From: an uncultured Bacteriovoracaceae bacterium
Lineage (GTDB): Bacteria > Bdellovibrionota > Bacteriovoracia > Bacteriovoracales > Bacteriovoracaceae
Assembly (NCBI GenBank): GCA_964012805.1
Contig: CAXGUD010000011.1
Span: forward strand, 1-64,000
Reading direction: 5' to 3'
DNA: 64,000 bases
Below are positions 1 through 11,400 of the stretch, piece after piece. The notes beneath the pieces were generated by a model. The model was not told where the DNA came from. It ran no database searches and saw only the letters and a program-made list of their open reading frames with translations. Each line of letters starts with the position of its first letter. Position 1 is the stretch's first letter. The translations under genes and the position numbers were made by a program.

Positions 1-602
1 CAAAAGTAGACGAGTACATTCCTACTCCAGCTAGAGCGGTAGACCTAGACTTTTTGATGCCTGTTGAAGACGTTTTCTCTATTTCTGGTAGAGGTACTGT
101 TGTTACAGGTAGGGTTGAAAGAGGAATTATTAAAGTTGGTGAAGAAGTTGAGATCGTTGGTATTAGAGATACTCAAAAAACAACAATTACTGGTGTTGAA
201 ATGTTTAGAAAGCTTCTTGATCAAGGTGAAGCTGGTGATAACTGTGGGCTTCTTTTGAGAGGTATCAAGAGAGAAGATATTGAACGTGGTCAATGTCTTG
301 TTAAGCCTGGCAGTGTAACATGCCATTCAAAATTTAAATGTGAGGTTTACGTTCTTAACAAAGATGAAGGTGGAAGACACACTCCAATCTTTAAAGGATA
401 TCGTCCTCAGTTTTACTTCAGAACAACAGATATCACAGGTACGGTTGTCCTAGATGAAGGTGTTGAAATGGTAATGCCTGGTGATAACACTCGCTTTACA
501 GCTGAGCTGATTCACCCAATTGCCATGGAAAAAGGGCTAAGGTTTGCTATTCGTGAGGGTGGTAGAACTATTGGTGCCGGTACAGTATCAGAGATTCTTT
601 AA
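1..602 (+). CDS. tuf: Elongation factor Tu, C-terminal part (5' end lies outside the window)
   Basis: Frame is open from base 3 ([41 protein letters not shown]...GGRTIGAG), matching EF-Tu domains II and III. Confidence 0.99.
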   Translation, partial: KVDEYIPTPARAVDLDFLMPVEDVFSISGRGTVVTGRVERGIIKVGEEVEIVGIRDTQKTTITGVEMFRKLLDQGEAGDNCGLLLRGIKREDIERGQCLVKPGSVTCHSKFKCEVYVLNKDEGGRHTPIFKGYRPQFYFRTTDITGTVVLDEGVEMVMPGDNTRFTAELIHPIAMEKGLRFAIREGGRTIGAGTVSEIL

Positions 603-624
603 GAGCTATTTTAAGATAAAGCCT

Positions 625-657
625 GGGCAGTCGCGTTGCTTCGACTGCCCTTCTTTT
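625..657 (+). terminator. Intrinsic terminator-like hairpin after tuf
   Basis: Perfect 9-bp stem GGGCAGTCG/CGACTGCCC, 8-nt loop, followed by TTCTTTT. Confidence 0.7.
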
Positions 658-658
658 A

Positions 659-735
659 GGGTGTATAGCTCTAATTGGTAGAGCGGCTGATTCCAAATCA
701 GTAGGTTGGGGGTTCGAGTCCCTCTGCGCCCGCCA
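659..735 (+). tRNA. tRNA-Trp (anticodon CCA)
   Basis: Cloverleaf folded by hand: acceptor GGGTGTA/TGCGCCC, D stem GCTC/GAGC, anticodon arm GCTGA-TTCCAAA-TCAGT, T arm GGGGG-TTCGAGT-CCCTC, encoded CCA end. Sits in the usual position upstream of secE. Confidence 0.97.
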
Positions 736-860
736 TAATTATTGTTAGATTCATAAATAATCCAAAAAACAAAGTAGACAATCTTTTCTTTTTGAAGCAT
801 AAAGAGGAAGATTGTATGAATATCTTAACGTGACGCATTGTTTGTGCCTAGGATTGTTTT

Positions 861-1250
861 ATGTCGCTAATAAAAAGCCAAGACGGAAAAAAGTGGATCA
901 ATAGCTTTATTGTTGTTTCAAGTACTCTTGTCGGCTACATCCTTATCCGGTTTTTGCATCAGATAAAGGAGTGGTTTGATTTAGAGTCTAAAATTCCATT
1001 TAACTATGATTTTCTAGCATCTGGGTTTGGTGTTGTTGTAGGTGCAATGACGTTTCTTTTAATTCAGAAGAATAAGACAGCATACAATCATCTAAATGAA
1101 GTTTATGGTGAGTTAGTAAAAGTCGTTTGGCCTGAAAAAGACTCGGTTTTGAAAGTGACTATTGGTATTGTAATTGGCTTGGCTTTTGTGAGTCTAATTT
1201 TGTTAGGTGTGGATTATGCCTGCCGGGAAATTCTAGAGCTTCTTTATTAA
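861..1250 (+). CDS. secE: Preprotein translocase subunit SecE (3-TM type)
   Basis: EVYGELVKVVWP motif followed by a TM helix; lies between tRNA-Trp and nusG. Confidence 0.93.
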   Translation: MSLIKSQDGKKWINSFIVVSSTLVGYILIRFLHQIKEWFDLESKIPFNYDFLASGFGVVVGAMTFLLIQKNKTAYNHLNEVYGELVKVVWPEKDSVLKVTIGIVIGLAFVSLILLGVDYACREILELLY

Positions 1251-1292
1251 TTAATGATTAAAATCAACCCCACAAGAGAATGGTGAAAAGCT

Positions 1293-1898
1293 ATGAGTAA
1301 AGGTGATCAACCTGTTGAAGTTGAAAAGACAGGAGATATCGAGTCAGAAGAAAACGAAAAAAATGGTGAGTTTAAGTGGTATATAGCCAAGACTATGACG
1401 GGCCAGGAAAACAAGGTTACAAGAGCTTTAAAAGAGAGAATTGTTAACTATAAGTTAGCAGAGTTCTTTTTGGAAATAGTAACGCCAGAAGAAAGTGTGA
1501 CGTCTTCATCTAAGGGAAAAAAGAGAACTATCAAGAAGAAGTTTTTCCCCGGTTATGTCTTGATAAAAATGATAATGAATGATAGAACCTGGCACCTTGT
1601 CAAAAATACGGATAAGATAACGGGTTTCGTCGGCGGCACGTTGGATAAGCCTGCCCCGATAAGTGATGAGGAAGCGGCTTACATTACAGACCAGTCTGAA
1701 GATGGAATTAGAAAGCAAAGAACTACGGTCGACTTTGCGGAAGGTGAGACAGTTAAGGTTGTGGAAGGACCTTTTGCTTCTTTTGTTGGTACTGTGGAAG
1801 CTGTAAGTGAAAAAGGAAAAATAAAGGTAAATGTTTCAATTTTTGGAAGACCGACCCCTGTGGAATTAGATTATACGCAGGTTGAAAAGGTCTCATAA
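1293..1898 (+). CDS. nusG: Transcription termination/antitermination factor NusG
   Basis: NGN domain (KFFPGYVLIKM) and KOW domain (VSIFGRPTPVELDYTQVEK); short acidic N-terminal extension. Confidence 0.98.
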   Translation: MSKGDQPVEVEKTGDIESEENEKNGEFKWYIAKTMTGQENKVTRALKERIVNYKLAEFFLEIVTPEESVTSSSKGKKRTIKKKFFPGYVLIKMIMNDRTWHLVKNTDKITGFVGGTLDKPAPISDEEAAYITDQSEDGIRKQRTTVDFAEGETVKVVEGPFASFVGTVEAVSEKGKIKVNVSIFGRPTPVELDYTQVEKVS

Positions 1899-1934
1899 TC
1901 CTTGGAACTTAAAGTTTAAGATGGAGATAGAATA

Positions 1935-2360
1935 ATGGCTAAAAAGGTTGTTGGGTTCATTAAGTTACAAATTCCTGGTGGAAAAGCTAATCCTTCCCCT
2001 CCCATTGGTCCTGCTTTAGGTCAGAAAGGGGTTAATATAATGGAGTTTTGCAAAGCTTTTAATGCAAAGACTAATAAGCAGATGGGGGTTCAGCTTCCAA
2101 CGATTATTACTGTTTATTCAGATCGCTCATTTTCCTTTGTTACAAAAACACCACCAGCATCATATTTGTTGAAGGAAAAGTTGAAGTTAAAGAAAGGTTC
2201 TTCTAAACCTGGTCACGATGTAGCTGGAAGTGTTGGTGATAAGGTTGTGAAGGAAGTTTATGAAGAAAAGAAAGAGGACATCACCGCAGCTTCGCTAGAA
2301 GCAGGGATGAGAACAATTGAAGGGTCCGTGAGATCTATGGGCTTAAAATTAGATTACTAA
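1935..2360 (+). CDS. rplK: 50S ribosomal protein L11
   Basis: [27 protein letters not shown] motif. Confidence 0.99.
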   Translation: MAKKVVGFIKLQIPGGKANPSPPIGPALGQKGVNIMEFCKAFNAKTNKQMGVQLPTIITVYSDRSFSFVTKTPPASYLLKEKLKLKKGSSKPGHDVAGSVGDKVVKEVYEEKKEDITAASLEAGMRTIEGSVRSMGLKLDY

Positions 2361-2376
2361 AAATGACCTCATTTAG

Positions 2377-2402
2377 CGGGAGACATTGCGTCGTATGAAC
2401 CG
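2377..2402 (+). promoter_or_regulatory. Putative ribosomal protein L1-binding autoregulatory RNA element upstream of rplA
   Basis: CGG-GA-GAC-ATTGC-GTC-GTATGAA-CCG: two short helices around an asymmetric internal loop, directly before the AAGGAG RBS. Same architecture as the E. coli L1 operator. Confidence 0.6.
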
Positions 2403-2413
2403 AAGGAGTTGAA

Positions 2414-3115
2414 ATGAGAAAAAGATCAAAAAAATATCAAGAGTTTTCCAAAAAAGTAAAGTCGGACAAACTGTATCCCATTGATGAAGCACTAAATTTA
2501 GCTAAAGAATCTTCATTTGCTAAGTTTGATGAGAGTGTCGACTTGGCTTTTCGATTAGGTGTTGACCCTAGGCATGCTGATCAGATGATTAGAGGTGCTA
2601 TAGCTTTACCAGAAGGCACTGGGAAAAAGGTTAGAGTTTGTGTTATAACATCTGGCGATAAAATTAAGCTTGCAGAAGATGCTGGAGCAGATTTTGTAGG
2701 TGGTGATGATATTGTGCAAAAGATTCAGGGTGGCTGGCTAGACTTTGATAGAGTTATTGCATCACCGGATATGATGGGCAAGCTCGGTCGTATAGGTAGA
2801 GTATTAGGGCCAAGAGGCTTAATGCCTAACCCTAAGCTTGGTACGGTTACTGCGGATGTTGCCAAAGCTGTTCAAGAACAAAAGGCGGGAAAAGTAGAGT
2901 ACCGAACTGATAAAAATGGTATCGTCCATGTTTTGATCGGTAAAAAGTCTTTTGAGTTGAGTAAGCTAAAAGAGAATTTCAAATCTATTGTTAGTGCGAT
3001 TCTAAAAGCTAAACCAGCAAGTTCAAAAGGTACTTATTTAAAATCCTTAGTCGTAAGCACAACTATGGGACCAGGTGTCAAGATTGATACTAATGAGGTC
3101 CTAAGCTTAAGCTAA
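2414..3115 (+). CDS. rplA: 50S ribosomal protein L1
   Basis: [14 protein letters not shown] and [16 protein letters not shown] motifs. Confidence 0.99.
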   Translation: MRKRSKKYQEFSKKVKSDKLYPIDEALNLAKESSFAKFDESVDLAFRLGVDPRHADQMIRGAIALPEGTGKKVRVCVITSGDKIKLAEDAGADFVGGDDIVQKIQGGWLDFDRVIASPDMMGKLGRIGRVLGPRGLMPNPKLGTVTADVAKAVQEQKAGKVEYRTDKNGIVHVLIGKKSFELSKLKENFKSIVSAILKAKPASSKGTYLKSLVVSTTMGPGVKIDTNEVLSLS

Positions 3116-3124
3116 GATTTATTT

Positions 3125-3190
3125 GGGGTTGAAGAAGGTCGGCAAAGGTTATTATAAATCTTTATAAGTCCTGCCTGAAATCTCCCTCCA
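3125..3190 (+). promoter_or_regulatory. Putative L10 leader (L10/L12 autoregulatory RNA)
   Basis: rplA-rplJ spacer folds as GGC(AA)AGG...TTATAAA/TTTATAA...CCTGCC, preceded by GAAGA. The position is typical of the L10 leader, but it was not checked against a covariance model. Confidence 0.4.
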
Positions 3191-3212
3191 TTCGATATAA
3201 AGGGGGTAAATC

Positions 3213-3710
3213 GTGTTAAATCGAACCAAAAAGAATGAATTAGTCAATGGCATTAAGGGTGATATTGATAAGGCAAATGCTGTCTTTTTGACGAACCTCG
3301 TTGGTATTCAAGCCAATGATGCTGTTGCGATCAGAAAAAAAGTGCGTGATGTCGGCGGTAAGATCATTGTGACCAGAAACACATTGTTTGAGCTTGCGGG
3401 TAAAGAAACAAAGTGCGCAGACCTTTTCAAGGGATTAAAGGGACCAAGTGCTGTAGCCTTTGCATTCGATGATGCAGCAGCTGTCGCAAAAGCTTTGAAA
3501 GAATCTGGTAAAGAGCTTGAGCTAGTATCGCTAAAGGGCGGTGTTTTAGGAGATAAAGCTTTAAATGTCCAGGAAGTGAATGCCTTGGCTGATTTACCAT
3601 CTCGCGATGAGATGTTGGGGACGTTGTTGGCTACTTTTATGGCTCCTGTGTCTGCATTAGCTAGAGTTCTTCATGCAGTCGGGGAAAAAAAGGCTGAGAC
3701 AGCTGAATAG
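3213..3710 (+). CDS. rplJ: 50S ribosomal protein L10
   Basis: VTRNTLF and LADLPSRDEMLGTL motifs; between rplA and rplL; GTG start. Confidence 0.97.
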   Translation: MLNRTKKNELVNGIKGDIDKANAVFLTNLVGIQANDAVAIRKKVRDVGGKIIVTRNTLFELAGKETKCADLFKGLKGPSAVAFAFDDAAAVAKALKESGKELELVSLKGGVLGDKALNVQEVNALADLPSRDEMLGTLLATFMAPVSALARVLHAVGEKKAETAE

Positions 3711-3792
3711 TACAGCTTAAGATAATTGAAAAAACAATATAAAGTTAAAATAAAAAATTAAAAGTTTGATCTAAGGTTGAAAGGAGTTAAAA

Positions 3793-4164
3793 ATGAGTAT
3801 TACAAATGAACAATTAGTAGAACATATTTCTGGAATGTCGGTTCTTGAAGTTGCTAACTTAGTAAAAGAGCTAGAAGAAAAATTTGGTGTCTCTGCAGCA
3901 CCTGTTGCAGTAGCTGGTGGTGCTGGTGCTGGAGCTGAGGCAGCAGCTGAGCAAACTGAATTTACAGTAGTTTTAACTGATGTTGGCGCTAAAAAGATTA
4001 ATGTTATTAAAGAAATTAGAGGAATTACAGGTTTAGGCCTTAAAGAAGCTAAAGCCCTTGTGGAAGGAACACCGAAACCGGTAAAAGAAGGGATTGAAAA
4101 AGACGAAGCAGAAGAGATTAAAAAGAAGTTAGAAGCTGCTGGAGCTAAAGCAGAGCTTAAGTAA
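3793..4164 (+). CDS. rplL: 50S ribosomal protein L7/L12
   Basis: [11 protein letters not shown] and [24 protein letters not shown] motifs. Confidence 0.99.
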   Translation: MSITNEQLVEHISGMSVLEVANLVKELEEKFGVSAAPVAVAGGAGAGAEAAAEQTEFTVVLTDVGAKKINVIKEIRGITGLGLKEAKALVEGTPKPVKEGIEKDEAEEIKKKLEAAGAKAELK

Positions 4165-4183
4165 CTTTAATTTCCATAGAAAT

Positions 4184-4224
4184 AAAAAGAGTATGGATTC
4201 ACTTGATGGAGTCCATACTTTTTT
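4184..4224 (+). terminator. Intrinsic terminator/attenuator between rplL and rpoB
   Basis: Stem AGTATGGATTC/GAGTCCATACT (one G-U pair) flanked by an A-run and a T-run. Confidence 0.75.
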
Positions 4225-4263
4225 GCATTTAAAATTGATATAAACTATTGTTATAGGAGATTG

Positions 4264-7200
4264 ATGATGACTCAGGTTTTTGCACCAAACGAGTGGTATC
4301 GCAAAAATTTTTCTCAGACACCTTCGGTATTAGAGACACCTCCCCTAATGAGGCTTCAGACGAGGTCTTACGAGGAGTTCTTGCAGAAAGACGTGTCGCC
4401 ATCAAAGAGGTTGAATGTAGGCTTACAGGCTGTTTTTAACTCTGTTTTTCCTATATCAGATTTCAATAAGACAGTTTCTTTAGAGTTTGTTAGTTATGCG
4501 CTAGAAGACTCTAAATATACAGTCAAAGAGTGTCGTGAGAGAGGACTTTCTTATGAAGCTCCTCTTAAAGTCGTTGTTAGGCTTGTATTTTACGATGTAA
4601 ATGTTGATAAAGACGGGGAAGAACAGAGAACGGTTTCTTCCATCAAAGAGCAAGAGGTATATTTAGGAAATATTCCTTTGATGGCTACTAATGGCTCTTT
4701 TGTTTACAATGGAACTGAAAGGGTCATTGTTTCACAGCTTCACCGTTCCCCTGGAATTATATTCGAACATGATGGTGGGAAAAAACATTCAAGTGGGAAG
4801 CTATTATACTCCGCAAGAATAATCCCTCATAGAGGCTCATGGTTGGATTTCGAATTTGACCATAAAAATATTTTATTCGCTAGAATTGATCGAAAAAGAA
4901 AGCTTCATGGAACTGTCGTCCTGAAGGCTATCGGGTATACAACTTCTGAGATTTTGGAAACTTTCTATCAAATGGAGAAAGTAAGTCTATCTAAAGAAGG
5001 CGAGTATGCGAGGAGCTTGGACTTTTCTCTTTTGATAGGAACGAGAGCTCACAACGATATTATTGACCCAAAAAGTGGGAAAGTAATAGTTAAGAAAGGT
5101 AAAAAGTTTACAAAGTTATCTACTAAAAAAATGCAAGACGCCGGCTTGGAGGCTATTCCTGCAGAATTAGAAGAGATTGTAGGAAAAGTAGTTGCTGAAG
5201 ATATTTTTGATGAGAGCACAGGAGAGGTTCTTTCCCTCGCAAATGAGTCGCTTACTGAGGCTAAGATCCAGGAGCTTGTTGCTGCTGGTATTGATTCTGT
5301 AAAGGTCCTTTATATTGATATGATCAATTATGGTGACCAAATGAGAAACACTCTTCTTTTGGATAAGACCGATACAACAGAAGAAGCTCTAATTAGGATA
5401 TTTGAAAGGCTAAGGCCTGGTGAGCCACCAACTGAAGAAGCGGCTTCTCAACTTTTGGAAAGTTTGTTTTTTGATAAAGACAAATATGACCTCTCCAAAG
5501 TTGGGAGAATGAAAATAAATTATAAATTTAATATGAATATCCCTGTTGAAAATACCGTTTTGACTAAGGATGATATTGTTACAACAGTAAAATATCTAGT
5601 TGAGTTGAATAATGGTAAAGGGAAAGTAGATGATATAGATCATCTAGGAAATAGAAGGGTTAGAGCTGTAGGTGAACTTCTTGAAAACCAATTCAGAGTA
5701 GGGTTGGTTAGAATGGAGAGGGCTGTTAAAGAAAGAATGGCTATCCAAGAAATTGAGACCATGATGCCATATGATCTGGTCAATCAGAAGCCTGTTGCTG
5801 CAGCTATAAAAGAATTTTTTGGCTCTTCCCAGTTGTCTCAATTTATGGATCAAACAAATCCTCTTTCAGCTGTAACTCACAAGAGAAGGCTTTCTGCTCT
5901 TGGACCAGGAGGTCTTACGAGGGAAAGAGCTGGCTTTGAGGTTAGGGATGTTCATAGCACTCACTATGGTAGAATGTGTCCGGTAGAGACTCCTGAAGGA
6001 CCGAACATTGGCTTAATTACCTCACTCGCTACTTATGCTAAAGTCTCTGAGTATGGTTTTATCGAAACTCCTTACCAGGTTGTAAGAGACAATCAAGAGA
6101 TTGAAGATGATGTGCGTTATTTTTCCGCTTTTGAGGAAGAAGGGAAGGTTATTGCCCAATTTCATTGCGACCATGTAGAGGATAGTAAGGTCAAGGGCTC
6201 ACATATTCCCGCAAGAAGGGCTGGTGAATTTACACTAGTCGACTCTCGCGATGTTGAACTAATGGATGTTGCTCCAACTCAGATGATTTCTGTTGCAACC
6301 TCTTTGATTCCTTTTTTGGAGCATGATGATGCAAACCGTGCTTTGATGGGGTCAAATATGATGCGTCAGGCTGTTCCTGTCGTGAGAACCGATGCTCCAC
6401 TAGTTGGAACAGGTATAGAAAAAATAATTGCAAAAGACTCTGAAGCAATACTTCTTGCTAAGGACTATGGAACTGTTATTTTTGTTGACTCTAATAGGAT
6501 TGTAATTCAGCGTGACAATTTTAAAGAAGGTGAGTCTGGGGTTGATATTTATAAGCTAGTTAAATATCAGAGAACTAACCAAAATACATGTAATAACCAA
6601 AAAGCGTTAGTCAAAGAAGGTGATCGTGTTCACCCTGAAATGGTTATCGCTGATGGACCTGCTACTCATAATGGTGATCTTGCTTTAGGTCAGAATGTTC
6701 TTGTCGCTTTTATGCCATGGGGTGGCTACAACTACGAAGACTCTATTCTTATAAATGAAGGTCTACTTTCCAAAGATGTTTTTACGTCCGTCCATATAGA
6801 AAGCTTTGAAATTGAAGCAAGAGACACAAAACTAGGTAAAGAGGAGATTACAAGAGATATTCCTAACGTCAGTGAAGAGGCTTTGTCTCACCTGGATGAA
6901 GCCGGGATCATTAGAGTAGGTTCTATTGTAAAACCTGGTGACATTCTTTGTGGAAAAATTACTCCAAAGGGAGAGACGCAACTTTCTCCAGAGGAAAAAC
7001 TTCTTAAAGCAATTTTTGGTGATAAAGCAGGAGACATTAAAGATACTTCTTTAAGGTTACCTTCCTCTGTTAGAGGGACGGTAATTGATGCAAAGGTCTA
7101 CACTAGAGAAGGTGTTGAGCTTGACTCTAGATCCAAAGAAATAATTGAGTATGAAACAACTTTGATTAGAAGGGATGAAAGAATTGAGGTTAAATCAATT

Positions 7201-8397
7201 CAAACTTCTTCTTTGAATAAGATTGTTGACCTTCTTAAAGGTCATAAGACTACAGATAAGCTAATTTCTGAGGATGGTTCAACTGAACTTCTCCCTGAAG
7301 GCGCGGAAGTTACCCTCGATATATTATCCAAAGTTCCATTTGAGCTAATTGGTTATCTGCCTTTAGCACCTGCTTTGGAAGAGCAATTAGGTGAGTATTT
7401 TGCGGACGTAAGGAACAGAATTAATAGAGTTAAAAATAAAGCTAATGACGAAATAGCAAAACTTCATAGGGGTGATGAGTTGCCTCCTGGTGTTATTAAA
7501 AAAGTTATCGTGTTTGTTGCTATAAAGAGAAAGTTGCAACCAGGTGACAAAATGGCTGGAAGGCATGGTAACAAAGGTGTTATTTCAAATGTTCTTCCGC
7601 AAGAAGATATGCCTTACCTAGCAGAAGGTACTCCAATTGACATAGTCCTAAACCCCCTGGGTGTACCTTCCCGGATGAATATTGGTCAGTTACTAGAGTT
7701 ACACCTTGGCTGGGCTGGAAGAGGCTTGGGTGAAAAGATTCAAGCTATGCTTGAAGAGCAGACGGAACTCTTTGAGATAAAAGACTTTATTTATAAAATT
7801 TATAAAACTGAAGCAGTGAAAGAGTGGTTACAGAAAGCTTCTGATGAGCAGGTGAAGCATGTTGCCAAAGAACTCTCGACTGGTGTTAGATTTTCCACTA
7901 GTGTTTTTGATGGCGCTGGTGAAAAGAAAATTGAAGAAATGTTAGAGTTGGCTGACTTAGAGCCTAGTGGAAAGACCACTCTTTTTGATGGCTTAACTGG
8001 GGATGCTTTCTCTGAAGATGTTACTGTTGGAACAATGTATGTTCTCAAACTTCATCATCTTGTTGATGAAAAGCTTCACGCTAGATCAACTGGTCCTTAC
8101 TCATTGGTTACACAGCAACCACTTGGAGGAAAGGCTCAGTTTGGTGGTCAGAGACTTGGAGAGATGGAAGTTTGGGCACTAGAAGCATACGGAGCATCAT
8201 ACACGTTGCAGGAATTTTTAACAGTGAAGTCTGATGATGTAATTGGGCGAACAAGAATGTACGAGTCTATTGTTAAAGGTGAACAGGTTTTAGAACCAGG
8301 GTTACCAGAGTCATTCAATGTTCTAGTTAGAGAGCTCCAAGCTTTATGTTTGGATGTTAAATTAGAGGAAAATATTGAAGAAGAAACGTTCAATTGA
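4264..8397 (+). CDS. rpoB: DNA-directed RNA polymerase beta subunit
   Basis: SQLSQFMDQ, GDKMAGRHGNKG and GGQRLGEMEVWALEAYG motifs. The start is ATG 4264 or 4267, after AGGAGA. Confidence 0.99.
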   Translation: MMTQVFAPNEWYRKNFSQTPSVLETPPLMRLQTRSYEEFLQKDVSPSKRLNVGLQAVFNSVFPISDFNKTVSLEFVSYALEDSKYTVKECRERGLSYEAPLKVVVRLVFYDVNVDKDGEEQRTVSSIKEQEVYLGNIPLMATNGSFVYNGTERVIVSQLHRSPGIIFEHDGGKKHSSGKLLYSARIIPHRGSWLDFEFDHKNILFARIDRKRKLHGTVVLKAIGYTTSEILETFYQMEKVSLSKEGEYARSLDFSLLIGTRAHNDIIDPKSGKVIVKKGKKFTKLSTKKMQDAGLEAIPAELEEIVGKVVAEDIFDESTGEVLSLANESLTEAKIQELVAAGIDSVKVLYIDMINYGDQMRNTLLLDKTDTTEEALIRIFERLRPGEPPTEEAASQLLESLFFDKDKYDLSKVGRMKINYKFNMNIPVENTVLTKDDIVTTVKYLVELNNGKGKVDDIDHLGNRRVRAVGELLENQFRVGLVRMERAVKERMAIQEIETMMPYDLVNQKPVAAAIKEFFGSSQLSQFMDQTNPLSAVTHKRRLSALGPGGLTRERAGFEVRDVHSTHYGRMCPVETPEGPNIGLITSLATYAKVSEYGFIETPYQVVRDNQEIEDDVRYFSAFEEEGKVIAQFHCDHVEDSKVKGSHIPARRAGEFTLVDSRDVELMDVAPTQMISVATSLIPFLEHDDANRALMGSNMMRQAVPVVRTDAPLVGTGIEKIIAKDSEAILLAKDYGTVIFVDSNRIVIQRDNFKEGESGVDIYKLVKYQRTNQNTCNNQKALVKEGDRVHPEMVIADGPATHNGDLALGQNVLVAFMPWGGYNYEDSILINEGLLSKDVFTSVHIESFEIEARDTKLGKEEITRDIPNVSEEALSHLDEAGIIRVGSIVKPGDILCGKITPKGETQLSPEEKLLKAIFGDKAGDIKDTSLRLPSSVRGTVIDAKVYTREGVELDSRSKEIIEYETTLIRRDERIEVKSIQTSSLNKIVDLLKGHKTTDKLISEDGSTELLPEGAEVTLDILSKVPFELIGYLPLAPALEEQLGEYFADVRNRINRVKNKANDEIAKLHRGDELPPGVIKKVIVFVAIKRKLQPGDKMAGRHGNKGVISNVLPQEDMPYLAEGTPIDIVLNPLGVPSRMNIGQLLELHLGWAGRGLGEKIQAMLEEQTELFEIKDFIYKIYKTEAVKEWLQKASDEQVKHVAKELSTGVRFSTSVFDGAGEKKIEEMLELADLEPSGKTTLFDGLTGDAFSEDVTVGTMYVLKLHHLVDEKLHARSTGPYSLVTQQPLGGKAQFGGQRLGEMEVWALEAYGASYTLQEFLTVKSDDVIGRTRMYESIVKGEQVLEPGLPESFNVLVRELQALCLDVKLEENIEEETFN

Positions 8398-8465
8398 GGG
8401 TTTCCTTTTATTAAATGGCAAACAATTAGATAAGAAATCGGACACGAAAAAAAGGAAAGGTAAAA

Positions 8466-11400
8466 ATGAAAGACCTCTTAAACTTTTTTGATAAACCAAA
8501 AGACCCTGTAAGCGTAGAGGCTGTTTCCGTAAAGATGGCTTCGCCAGATGTAATAAGGGAATGGTCCTTTGGAGAAGTTCGCAAACCAGAGACAATAAAC
8601 TATAGAACTTTCAAACCTGAAAGGGATGGGTTGTTTTGCGCTAAGATATTTGGCCCGGTTAAAGATTATGAGTGTATTTGTGGAAAATACAAGCGTATGA
8701 AGCACCGTGGGGTCGTTTGTGAAAAGTGTGGGGTCGAAGTAACCCTCTCCAAAGTTAGAAGAGAAAGGTGTGGTCATATTGAGTTGGCAGCTCCTGTAGC
8801 TCATATTTGGTTTTTGAGATCCCTTCCTTCAAGACTTGGAGCTATGTTAAATCTCACACTTAAAGAGCTTGAAAAGGTTCTTTATTATGAAGCATACATA
8901 GTAACTGAATCAGGAACTCATGGTGTCGAGAACGGTCTTGATGTTGGCACTGTTCTTACGGAGCAACAATATCATGAGCTTAAAGAGTCAAATATTGACT
9001 TTAAAGCGGGAATGGGTGGCGATATAATCAAAGATCTTCTTAGAAAGATTGATTTAGATATTGAAAATAAAGAACTTAGAAGGGGTCTTGCTACTGTTAC
9101 AACAGAAATGGCTAGGGCTAAAATCGTAAAGAGGCTTAAGGTTATAGAGTCTCTAATTAATTCTGATAACAAGCCAGAGTGGTTTATGATGGAAGTTATT
9201 CCAATCTTGCCACCTGATTTAAGACCTTTGGTGCCTCTTGAAGCTGGGCGATTTGCGACTTCAGATCTGAATGACCTTTATAGAAGAGTCATCAACAGAA
9301 ACAACAGACTTAAGAGACTAAAAGAGTTGCACGCCCCTGAAATTATCATTCGAAATGAAAAGAGAATGCTTCAGGAAGCAGTAGATGCTCTATTTGATAA
9401 TGGTCGAAGAGGAAAAGTCTTTACTGGTGCGAACAAAAGACCTCTTAGATCTCTATCCGATATGCTTAAAGGTAAGCAAGGTCGCTTTAGACAAAACCTA
9501 CTTGGTAAAAGGGTTGATTACTCAGGAAGATCTGTCATTGTTGTAGGACCTAGTTTGCGTTTACATCAATGTGGAATTCCTAAGCTCATGGCTTTGGAGC
9601 TATTTAAGCCTTTCATCTTTAACAAGCTTATTGAAAATGGTCATTGTACGACAATTAAAGTCGCTAAAAGAATGGTTGACCTTCAAAAGCAAGAAGTTTG
9701 GGATATTCTAGAAGAAGTTGTTAAAGAGCATCCTGTACTACTGAACAGAGCTCCTACACTACACAGATTAGGTATTCAAGCCTTTGAACCAACGCTAATT
9801 GAAGGTAAAGCGATTCAGCTTCACCCTTTAGTTTGTACCGCTTTTAATGCTGACTTTGACGGTGACCAAATGGCGGTTCACATTCCATTGTCTCTTGAGG
9901 CACAAGTGGAGTGTAGAGTTCTTGCTATGTCGACAAATAATATCTTGTCTCCTAAAGATGGGACGCCAATAATTGTCCCTACTCAGGATATCGTTTTAGG
10001 TCTCTACTATATGTCTAGAATTAGGCCTTTTGCTCGTGGCTATGGAAAGATATTTGCATCCAAAGAGGAAGCCCAGTTTGCTTATCATTCAGGAAATCTC
10101 CATTTACAAAGTCCAGTGAAAGTTAGATTGAATAATGAGCTAGTTGAGACGACAGTTGGAAGAACTTTTATTTATGATATCTTACCAAGCTGTTTAAAAT
10201 ACGAAGACATTAACAAAATTCTTAATAAAAAAGCTTTGGCTAACCTTATCGACCTTGCTTATAGAAATGGAACTGAGAAAGACACTGTTCTACTTGCTGA
10301 TGCTTTAATGAGACTAGGCTATGAGAATGCTACAAAGGCAGGGATTTCTATTAATGTTCACGATATGACAATTCCAGAGGAAAAAGTTGATATCCTTGGA
10401 AGTGCTTACAGTGAAGTGGATAAAATAACTGAAGAATATAATGATGGATCTATCACAAACGGTGAAAGATATAACAAGATTGTCGATGTTTGGGCTCAGA
10501 CTGGTGAGAAGCTAACTAAAGTTATGCTTACAGGTCTTTCAGAAGATGTCTTTACAGGTAAAGAGGGTGAAAGTGTTACAGCACCTTCATTTAACTCTCT
10601 CTTCATGATGGCTGACTCTGGTGCCAGGGGTTCAACTGCACAAATGAAGCAGTTAGCTGGTATGAGAGGACTAATGGCTAAGCCATCTGGCGAAATTATT
10701 GAAACTCCAATTACATCAAACTTCCGTGAAGGACTTTCAGTGCTTCAATATTTTGCTTCAACCCATGGAGCACGTAAAGGTCTTGCTGATACGGCTTTGA
10801 AGACTGCAAACTCTGGATATTTAACAAGAAGATTAGTTGATGTAGCACAAGACGGAATAATAAGAAATGATGACTGTGGTACAACAGATGGAATCATTTT
10901 AGAGTCTAGAATTGATGCTGGAGAAATTGTTGAACATGTAACCGAAAGGGTTATGGGTAGGGTCACTGCTCATGTGGTAATTGGATATGATGGAAGAGAG
11001 GTTCTTCCTAAGAACCACTTAATTACTGAAGAGGATAGAGACCTGTTAATGGAAAATAAAGTCGACCAAATCAAGGTCAGGTCGGTTTTGACTTGTAATG
11101 AGCCCCATGGTTTTTGTGCTATGTGTTTTGGTAGGGACTTAGCAAGAGGAAGTCTTGTAAGTATAGGTGAGACAGTTGGTGTTATTGCTGCACAATCCAT
11201 TGGTGAGCCTGGTACACAGCTAACCATGAGAACTTTCCACGTTGGTGGTACTGCAACTGCTGGGGCTCAGGTTAATAAGGCTGAGTCAAAAACAGCTGGG
11301 AAGATCTATCTAGATAATGTGAAGACGGCAACTTTGAGTGACGGTACTTGCATTATTATGAATAAAGTTGGTGAAATTATTGTAAAAAATAACTTTGGCG

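Noticed and set aside
606..800. 64-aa minus-strand ORF
   Set aside because: It overlaps tRNA-Trp on the opposite strand, a typical spurious tRNA-antisense ORF.
5820..5910. Possible rifampicin-resistance substitutions in RpoB cluster I
   Set aside because: The key residues (Q, D, H and S, equivalent to E. coli 513/516/526/531) are wild type in SQLSQFMDQTNPLSAVTHKRRLSALG.
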